A DNA stretch of 64,000 bases from Blasia pusilla (lineage: Eukaryota). The stretch spans positions 7,502,001 through 7,566,000 of the forward strand of contig CM114271.1 of assembly GCA_050084515.1 (NCBI GenBank), written 5' to 3'. A program made the position numbers and the translations under genes. The number at the start of each line of letters is the position of its first letter. Position 1 is the first letter of the stretch. Of this stretch, positions 54,701 through 64,000 are shown piece after piece. The notes under the pieces were generated by a model. The model saw only the letters and a list, made by a program, of their open reading frames with translations, was not told the origin of the DNA and did not search any database.

Positions 54701-57700
54701 TAGATCTCTTCGGAGGGATTAGCACCAGATTGGCTGCACTATTGCAGGCGGGCATACGGGTGCATCAGTACCTTTATGACGTAATGATACCGCACGGCGA
54801 GTATCATTACGTCACGTGGCAAGATTGGTCCAAAGGTATCCTGAGTTGTTGCCGGTATATGTAGTACGGGGATATCATTATACGCTACCTGCCGACATCT
54901 CTTTGGTGGGGATGCAGGATCTAGATAGAGTTGGCACCATTCATTTGGTGATTGTTGCGAGTATTAAGACACTTGCAGGAGAGTCAGATATGTTCTCCAG
55001 CGTACATTTTGGAGAACGTGCCATTTTTGGGAGACACTCGTGCACGTGTGGTGACAAGTGTACATCAAGTGAGGTCCTGGTTGGGACCTGCTGTGTTGTT
55101 AGATGCAGCGAGAGTTGGGTCACGTGCCCATTGTCAACGATTGTGGTGGACGAACCTGATACCATCAGAGGTACTGAGTCGAGCATACGGTGGAGTCCAG
55201 AGAGCACCACATCTCATAGTGGATGCTATTTTGGGCTTAGGGCGTCGATCTCAGGTGGTGACACGGGATGATAGACCACCGTTGGCCATGGCCAATAGGG
55301 TGCGGGAGTTGAGGGCAGCCTTACCTACGTTGGTGAGCTTCCAAGCATCCCATGCCTTTTGTCAGGGAGGGCCAGGCATGATTTGGGATGAGGTGATCGG
55401 AGCATTGGAGGAGCCTACAGCAGATGAGCGCGAGCGCGCCATGGGGTTCACTATCGGTACTACGGCGGTGCCAGGGATGACTGAGGCATCACAGAGATAG
55501 GTGTTGGGGCAGGTGATGGACCTCTACTGTCTCACATGGATAGTCAGCCTAGGTATGGCTGAGCATAGACGGATGCGAGTGTCATCCATGCCGTCACTTC
55601 CACAAGTTGGACCATTGCCTACAGGGTCTGTAAAGGCATTGGTTGGGGCGAGACGAGGAGAGATAGGCACCCATGGACTTCTTGGGACGTCGCTCGAGCA
55701 GAGAGTGCAAATGCGGCTAGAGTAGCACATGTTCATTTTTGAGATGTGGAGCATGGTGTAGGAGGTTAGAGTGGAGTGGTTGTTGCGGAGGTGGCTAGGG
55801 TTGCTACATAGCAACCAAAGCCGGAGGTTGCGTCCTCTTCGAGTGAAGTCACGATGGAGACTTGGGAGCCTGTGATAGGTCTCAAGTTGATAGGAGGAGA
55901 GCGACGGCGAGTTCATAGGTTTCTAAGAGGGCATGTGAGTTGTTTTTCCTTCAGTATGAGAGACTTGGATACGTTGAAGGGTCCCGGAATACGGAATGAG
56001 TTGGCTAGTGATACGCCAATCTTTCGTCGACCCTACAGGTATTCTGATATGGAGCGAGCATTGATTCAGAGTAGGAGTCAGGACTTGTTGGAGGCAGGAC
56101 TTGTGGAGTTATCACATGGGGAGTATGCATCTGCCACAGTCATGCCGGCGAAGAAGGATATGTATGGCAATTGGAAGGATAGGCGGATGTGTGGAGATTA
56201 CCGTCCTATCAACCGGTGACGAGGTCGATCGGTGCACGCCATGCCTACTCCTGAGGACATCTTTGATGCGGTAGGGCATGCAAAGATCTTCAGTACTTTA
56301 GATCTCCGTGCTGGCTATCACCAGCTTCCTATCAGGTTGGAGGACAGGGAGAAGACAACATTCTAGGGGATAGATCGGTTCAGGAGAGATTGCTTGTATC
56401 AGTGGCGGTTCTTACCATTTGGGTTGAAGAACGCGCCTGCAGAGTTTCAGAGAGTGATGGATAGGATTTTGGCTGGCTTGGATTTTGTACGATGTTACCT
56501 AGATGATATTCTTATCTTCAGTTCCACGGTTGAGGAGCATGAGCGACACTTGGAGGAGGTGTTTTGGCGATTGCAGTTACATGGACTGAAGTTACATCTA
56601 GGCAAGTGCAGATTCTTTCAGGAGCAGATTGAGTACTTGGGACACACCATATACCCGAGTGGGTTAGGCGTTCAGCAGACGAAGGTAGAGGCTATTGCGC
56701 AGATTCCACGCCCTACAGATGTGAGTCGAGTTCGAGCATATCTTGGACTGGCAAACTTCTATCGACGGTATGTCAAGGGTTTTAGTGCGATCGCAAAGTC
56801 TTTGACCTTGTTGACGAGACTTGATCTCGTTTGGTTGTGGGGAGATGATCAAGAGCGAGCATTTCAGGAGCTCAAGGACAGGTTGATGTCCTTACTCATT
56901 TTACAGAGACCGGTTAGGGGTCGCCCATTCTAGTTACATACGGATTGGAGCATGTTGGGTCTAGGAGCAGTGCTTACTCAGAGGGATGACGAGGAGAGGG
57001 AGTTCGTTGTGGCTTACGCGAGCCGATCGAACAACATTGCAGAGGCGAAGTATAGCTCCTACGAGGGAGAGTGCTTGGCTGTAGTGTGGGCCGTGGCACA
57101 TTTTAGGTGCTATTTTTTCGGCAATCCTTTCACACTTATCACTGATCATCAGTTGTTGAGGTGGTTGATGGAGTCCGACAAGCTTACGGGAAAGCTTGCC
57201 AGGTGGGCTCTATTACTACAGGAGTATGAGTTTGAGGTGGTTCATAGGCCAGGTCGGCTGAACCAGGATGCGGATGGGTTGAGTCGTAACCCATGTCCGA
57301 GTCAGAGAGACGACATAGTAGCTCGATGGCACGGAGAGAGTGATGAGGAGATGGTGCCCGGTTGGCATGCATCTGTCTATCTTTTTTGGTTGACTATGGC
57401 AAGTCAGCCACAGGTGATGACTCTAGTGGTGGGCCGGGGTTGGATGATGCGTCTTTGGATCCAGAGGTTAGTGAGGAGGCGACAGGTGGTCGTGATATCC
57501 ATGACAACGTGGAGGTTGTGGAGTTCTTGCGCACTGGTGTCATTGCGAGTATAGTGAGTGCTAGGGAGCGGGATCGGATTCTACAGAGAGCCAAGAGGTT
57601 CAGGTGGGAGGGGACTCACATTTTGCGGGTATGGGGAGATGGTAGAATACAAGTGGTACCCCATCCTTCCCAACGAGCACCTGTAGTGCGACAATGCCCA

Positions 57701-58938
57701 TGAGGAGTTGGGACATTTTGGAGTAAAGCGTACTTACAATTTACTCCAAGTTCAGTATTGGTGGCGCGGCATGCATACTGGGGTACAGCAGTTTGTGGCC
57801 AGATGTATGGTATGTGACAGAGTGCGAGCATCCTTCAATGCTCCCACTCCGCAGTTACATCCTTTGCCGATTATGGGTTTAGGTTATCGATGGATTTTAG
57901 ACTTTGTGGGACCTTTTCCATTGAGGGGACGTCATCATAGGTATGTGTTGGTCATGGTGGAGCATTTCTCCAAGTGGATAGAGTTGGTGGCACTACGAGA
58001 CAAGGCGAGCAAGGGAACAACTTATGCGTTTCTAGATCGTGTGCTTAGTCACTTTGGTGCACCGGCGGAGGTGTTGACTGACCAGGGTACCGAGTTCAGG
58101 GGAGAGTTTCAGGCCTTGTGTGATCGGGCGTTGATAGATCACCACACCACGTCCAGAGATCATCCTGAGGCATATGGGTTGGCGGAGAGAGTGGTACAGA
58201 CGATGAAGAGAGGATTGCGCAAGTATGGCTTGCAGCGGGGACAGTTGAGGGAGTGGGACCCACAGTTGCCATGGTTGGCTATGGATTATCGCTTTAGTCG
58301 GCAAGCATCCTTGGCGTCATTTTCACCGTACTTTTTGCTCTTTGGGAGAGAGCCAGATTTACCTGCAGCAATTTGAAGTGACATGGCGGAGGTGTTAGAT
58401 CTTGATGATCCAGATGTGTGGGTACAAGCATGTTCTCAAAGGGCACAAGTTTTTCGTAGAGTTATGCCTATGGCCTTTGAGAACTTAGCTATTGCCCAGC
58501 ATAGAGATACATTGAGGTACGTGACCATTCGTGGAGGAGGTTATCGTCCAGGGATTAGGAGGTTTCATCTTGGAGATTACGTGTATTTACAAAGAGCGGC
58601 ACCCACGACGCTAGATGTCATCAGAGGGCGCCACGATCCTACGTGTGCGCGAGGTATTACTGACCGGAGTCCTCATGTTGGAGGGACGGGATGGTATGGT
58701 TTGGAAGGATCATGTGCGCAATTGTGCGCCATGTCATCTTTCGAACGTAGATGGGATGGTGGATCCGAGCTTGGTAGTGATACCTGCAGGCTTGAGGTGT
58801 ATGTTGTGCGGATCTGCAAGGGGTGCAGCCACCATGTTGGTATGTGATGGTTGTTCTCGAGGGTGGCATATGTCATGTCTGACCCCCCCTCTTGATGTGG
58901 TTCCCACGGGACGATGGATGTGTCCGAGATGTGTATAG
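51790..58938 (+). pseudogene. gag-PR-DNMT-RT-RNaseH-INT-PHD polyprotein (stops/frameshifts)
   Basis: Zinc knuckles CRTCGGAHGQRDC and CDHCHRYGHTRDRC; protease 'VLLDSG' ~53975; RT YLDD (56394-56933); RNaseH (56952-57300); integrase HHCC + D,D,E (57708-58376); PHD (58795-58935). Confidence 0.9.
54685..55560 (+). pseudogene. DNMT3-like C5 cytosine methyltransferase domain within pol; catalytic loop deleted
   Basis: Motif I 'VRVLDLFGGIST', motif VI 'YILENVP', motif VIII 'DAARVGSRAHCQRLWWTNL', motifs IX/X 'ERERAMGF...VLGQVMD'. Confidence 0.88.
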
Positions 58939-59150
58939 GGTAGTAGGTCATGTCAGAGAGATGTGATACTTTCTATCTGGAGTTGGGGGGATCCAACTGC
59001 CAGCTAGGGGGGCGGTTGTGTGATCTCCATGTATATGTATGAGTTGATTTTTGTACATGTGTGGATCGACCCGTGTGTGGAAGATCGGTGTTGTGTGGTG
59101 TAGATGTGACCAGCGATGTATGTTGTGTAGCGATATGTATGCGCACGACA

Positions 59151-62100
59151 TATCTCGATGTTGCGCAATCGCCAAGTTCTCGAACGCCATGGGCATCACT
59201 CTCCGAAATAACTCAGCCCTCTAAGAACATGCTTGCATCCATACATCAGGGTCATCAAAGTTCAACACCTCACCAACATCTCAACGAATGGTCGTAGGTA
59301 AATCAGGCTCTCGGCCATACAAAAGCAACTATTGTCAGAAAGACGCTAAGGATGCCTGCTTGCTGAATCTGTTTCCCATTGCCAACCATGGAAATTGGAG
59401 GTCCCAATCTCTTAGGTGACCTTTCTCCAAGCCATACTTGGTAGTCCTCTCTTCACCGTCTACACAACCCGCTCCGCTAGTCCATCTCCCTTAGGATGAA
59501 ATCGCAAAGTAGTGTGGTGGTCGATCAGTGCCTGATCACACAAGGCCTAAAACTCCCCGCGAAACTCTATACCCTGGTCTATCAACACCTCAATTGGTGT
59601 GCCGTAATGACTCAACACTTGATCTAGGAAGGCATTTGCTACTCCCTCACTCACTTTGTCAGGCAATGCAACCAACTCTATTCACTTCGAGAAGTGCTCG
59701 ACCATCACCAACACATAACGACTATGGCATTCTATTAAAGGCAAAGGTCTTGAAAAATCCAAACTCCATCTATAACCTAAATCCATGATTGGAAGTGGAT
59801 GCAATTGTGGAGTTGGAGCATTGACCAATACTCAGACTCGATCACACACCATGCATCTGGCAACAAACTGGTGAACATCAGTTTGCATGCCTCGCCACCG
59901 ATACTGAATCTGGAGCAAGCTGTACGTTCGCTTCACTCCAAAATGACCCAACTCCTCGTGGGCATGACGCACAAACATGCTCTCTGCGAAGGATGAGGCA
60001 CTACACGCACTCTACCATCCTCCCAAACTGGCAACATATGTATCCCCTCCCATCGGAACCCTCATGCTCGCTGTAGGATTCGATCTCGCTCTCTAGAACC
60101 CACTATGCTTGCGACGGTGCCAATTGAAGGTACTCGAGACCACTCCATCGTTGTGAATGTCTCAGCCACCTGTCATCTCCTCACCGGCCTCTGGATCTAG
60201 GACTCGCCATCGAAGTCTTAGCAATCTGGCTCTCCATAGCCAACAAGCCCAAATAGGCTGACGCGTGCCATCCTGGCACCAACTCCTCATCACTCTCACC
60301 ATGCCAACGAGCTCCAATTGTATCTCGCGCATGGGCTACGGCTCAAACCATGTGCATCTTGGTTGAGCATCCTAGGTCTATGCACCACTTGGAAGTCATA
60401 CTCCTGCAACAAAAGAGCCAACCTCGCAAGCTTCTCTGTAAGCTTGTCCGACTCCATCAACCACTTAAGTGGCTGATGATCACTAATGATGGTAAAGGGG
60501 TTTCCAAATAAATAACACCTGAAATGTGCAACAACCCACATCGCAGCCAAGCACTCACCCACATACGAGCTATACTTTGCCTCTGCTGCATTGTTTGAGC
60601 GACTAGCGTAAGCCACCATGAACTCTTTACCATCATCGTCATGCTGGGTGAGCACGGCTCCAAGCCCCAACATGCTCCAATCGGTATGCAACTGGAAAGG
60701 ACGCCCCCTGATTGGTCTCCTCAATATAGGCGCTGATGTCAATTTGTCCTTGAGCAAGTGAAATGCTCTCTCTTGCTCATCCTCCCATTGCCACTCTTGA
60801 TCCACCTTGGTGAGCAAGGTTAGCGGCTTTGTAATCGAACTAAAACCCTTGACGTACCATCGATAGAAGTTTTCCAATCCCATAAATGTACAAACTGGAC
60901 TCACATCTATAGGGCGTGGAATGTGTGAAATAGCCTCTACCTTTGTGTGTTGCATACCAAGGATCCCTGGGTATATTGTATGACCCAAGTACTCAATCTC
61001 GTCGTAGAAGAACTTGCACTTTCCTGGATGTAGCTTCAGCCTATGTAACGGCAATCGTCAAAACTCCTCCTCTAGATGTCGCTCATGCTCCTAAACCGTG
61101 GCGCTAAAGACTACGATGTCATCAATATAATACCTAGCAAATTCCAAACCTGCCAAGATCCTATCCATGACCCTTTGAAACTTAGCCGTGGCATTCTTTA
61201 ACCCAAATGGTAAAAATGGCCACTGGTACAAAAAATCCTTCTCGTGAGGATCGATGCCCCAAAATGACGTCTTTTGCCTGCCCTCTAGTCTGATAGGCGG
61301 TTGATGGTATCCGACTCGCAAATCTAACAAACTGAAGACCTTTGCATGGCCAATAGCATCAAAGATCTCCTCAGGGTGGGGCATGGCATACCTATCGGAC
61401 TTTGTCTGCCGATTGATAGGTTGGTAATCTCCACACATCCACCTATCCGTCCAGTTGCCATGCACATCCTTCTTGGCGGGCATGATAGTGGCAGATGCAT
61501 ACTCTCTATGCAACATCTCCACTAGTCCCACTCTAACCAAGTCCTGGCTCCTATTGGAAATCAGAGCCCTCTCCATGTCACTGTACTTGTAGGGTCGTAG
61601 GAAGATTGGCATGTCTCTCGACAACTCAATGCGGATCCCTGGACCCTTCAGCGTACCAAAGTCATGCATACTAAATGCAAAGCAACTCCTATAACTCCTA
61701 AGGAACTGGTGTATCCAGCGCCGCTCTCCTCATGTCAACTTAGAGCCCATTTCTGGCTCCCAAGTCTCCATCGTGACTAGAGTAGGACTCTCCGGCGCGG
61801 GTGTAGGTGGTTGCTATGGTGCAACCTTGTCTCGAACAACAGAATCGACTGCTCTCCTCCAACCAACTGCAAAATCGGATCTCCAGGTGTAGTGCCCAGA
61901 ACCATGCTCAATGTTGTGGCTACCATCTCCCGGCGTACCTGAAAAACATCCCAAGAAGTCATAGGATGTCTCTCTCGATCATCCGTGGTGTGTCGATCTC
62001 CTCGAGTCTTGCCCCCAACCAGTGCCTCAACCGTCTCGGTAGGCATGGGTCTCACCAACGCAAAAAATGTAATATGTTTCATCCTCAAGTGACCCTGCTC

Positions 62101-64000
62101 AGCCACTCCTAAGCTGAAAATCCATGTCAAGCGGTTCAAGTCCATCACCTGACCGAAGATATGATGTCATGATGCCTCTAAGAGGAACGGTATTTTCGTC
62201 ACTCCTGTGGGAAATCCCATCGCTCGCTCTCGCTCATTGGCGTTATGCTCCACCAACCTTTACATATGGTCATCCCAAACCAAGCCAGGTCGAGCCTCCT
62301 TGAATGCATAGGAAGCGGGAAAACTCACCAATGTGGGAAAGGCTGCCTGTGGCATGCCAATCCTGTTGACTACAGTCAACGGAAATCCATCATTGTGCCT
62401 CACTGCTTGTGATCGACGACCTCGATCCAGAATTGAATCCACCAAAAAATCAGAGGGGTGCTCCACTCTTGCATGCACCCTCTATAAAACCTCATGTGGC
62501 ACCAAGTTGGTCCACCAAAGACGCGGGCAATGTGTTCGTGAACCTACACTCGCCGCATCCAACCACACTGTTGAGCCGATCCATGCACGCACCTGATGTG
62601 CACTCATCACCACACGAGACCTCAAATCGCCCAAAATCGGCACATTCTCGGGAATGTATGCTGGAGAACAAGACTAATGCTCCTTTAAATATTGTAGGAT
62701 CCGCATCTTCTCCCAAAACAACCTGGACCGCGAGTCAACTAATCCGCTACCCCGTCCAACACTCGACTGGCCTTGACACGGCCAACCAACAATGACCAAG
62801 TCTATCGTCCCTACCCGCTTCAAGTCCTACGCCCCCAACAATGAAATGTCCCTTGGTAGAGAACTCTAGTATGCCTGGACAACGGACGCAGACAACAAGT
62901 CGGGAAAACGAAGGCGTAACTGCGCCACATGGCAAAGTGAAGCGCGCCTCGTAACATCATCAATCTCCACATACAGGTACTATTGTATGCGTACTCTTGC
63001 TTGCAAAACAGTAGCTAACCTAGTGCTGGTCCCTCCAAAGAGATCCAACACCCAAATACCCTCCTCTGAGATGCACCACACAATTGGGGTGATGTCCAAA
63101 GGGGTCATCATAGCACTCTTGGCTACCTTGGGTTTCTCTGACCCGTCATGCTCTTGTGCAAACGTCTTGCTCCACACGGTCTGCACATGCTCAGTGGTTA
63201 AACATCGAAGCTCCTCAGTCGAGCCTCAAAGAGACACCACTCCTCTCCATAGAAATGTTAGGAACATGAGTGTCCTTTGCATGGACGTGTCTCTCAATCA
63301 AATCACTAGGCCAAGTGATGGCCCTGCTAAATGCTGGTAAGGTCGCGATCTCTCTTGGCCGGCGCTCAATCACTGCACCTGTGAATCAAACGGGTAATGA
63401 GCTAAGGCGCCGATCATCTTATTGCCATCCTAGTCTATAGGACGTCGACTCCTCCAAATAATCCAGGGAAAACCCCATCGGGTACAACACTGCTCCACCA
63501 ACCAAGACTTTGCAGGACTCTACATCAGTCACTATCGCCTTGGCTCGCACCACGGACTCATCTGTAGGATATCCCGGACGAATCCTCACCACAACCTTCT
63601 GTCAGGTGATATACTCTATGGTACTCGCTCCACCCAAGAATGTATGTATCCAGAATGGACAACGATCCACATCGGTCCTCGTCAAGCCCAAACCTTTGAA
63701 TACTGCTTTCCCCAACATCATGGGTTGCGCTCCTGAATCCAACAAGATGCGTTGCGGACTAAAAGCTCTACCTCCTAGACTCACCAACTGGAAGACCTCT
63801 CCTTGGTTGTCTAGCAAAAAAACACCAAGAGAAGCCATGGCAATCTGTGTTGCGGGTCTAGCAGGTATCTCTGCCATCCTAGCATCCGTAGCCTGCCAAG
63901 AATCTGACGTGGACAGCCCAAGCATCAGCTCCAAGGACAGGCCCATCACCTCCTCTGCAATCACCTCTGAACATGATGCAGGAACTCCAACTCCACGCTC
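59151..64000 (-). mobile_element. PHD-gypsy family copy 3: internal part (protease, DNMT, RT, RNaseH, integrase); continues beyond the window
   Basis: Protease 'ILLDSGAQP' (63602-63964), RT YIDD (61091-61669), RNaseH (60296-61054), integrase ~59151-59960. Confidence 0.92.
62100..63065 (-). pseudogene. DNMT3-like C5 cytosine methyltransferase domain with intact PCQ motif
   Basis: 'IWVLDLFGGTST' (62980-63186); 'LVIVGWPCQGQSSVGRGSGLVDSRSRLFWE' (WPCQ = 62784-62773); 'YIPENVP'; 'RLWWTNL'; 'ERERAMGFPTG'. Confidence 0.9.

Larger units (their letters stand above)
49856..59150 (+). mobile_element. Fully delimited DNMT-PHD Ty3/gypsy-type element (copy 4) without terminal direct repeats, nested in copy 3
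   Basis: TGTCAC...CACGACA termini; TSD TATC at 49852-55 and 59151-54. Removal restores the host integrase frame 'AQHRDTLRY'. Confidence 0.92.

Noticed and set aside
54685-55560. Bacterial restriction-modification methylase or contamination
   Set aside because: The domain is embedded at the same position within retrotransposon pol in three copies; no restriction gene or prokaryotic context.
58951-59150. TGTCAG... or TGTGTG... as the start of a short 3' LTR
   Set aside because: No matching sequence at the 5' end (49856 onward) beyond TGTCA.

Overview
Eukaryotic, intron-containing DNA, most likely from a non-seed land plant (inferred from the host genes and TE families). A gene island (~26.9-45.3 kb) holds four host genes: an F-box protein, an APSE-like GH27 glycosidase, an RlmM-like 2'-O-methyltransferase and UDP-apiose/UDP-xylose synthase. 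Nested transposon clusters flank it: a Helitron, two Ty1/copia remnants, a P-like DDE transposon, a TA-flanked MITE and a CACTA end. The standout is a Ty3/gypsy family present in four copies. Its polyprotein reads gag-protease-[DNMT3-like C5 cytosine methyltransferase]-RT-RNaseH-integrase-PHD. Its ends are not conventional LTRs: the 3' end is hairpin/G-tract-B-'AC'-A-B, and the one fully delimited copy (49856-59150, TATC target-site duplication) starts with an A-like sequence, ends in B and has no terminal repeat. This suggests a split-direct-repeat architecture in an integrase-encoding element. All TE reading frames here are degenerate. All comparisons were made by eye; no database searches were run.
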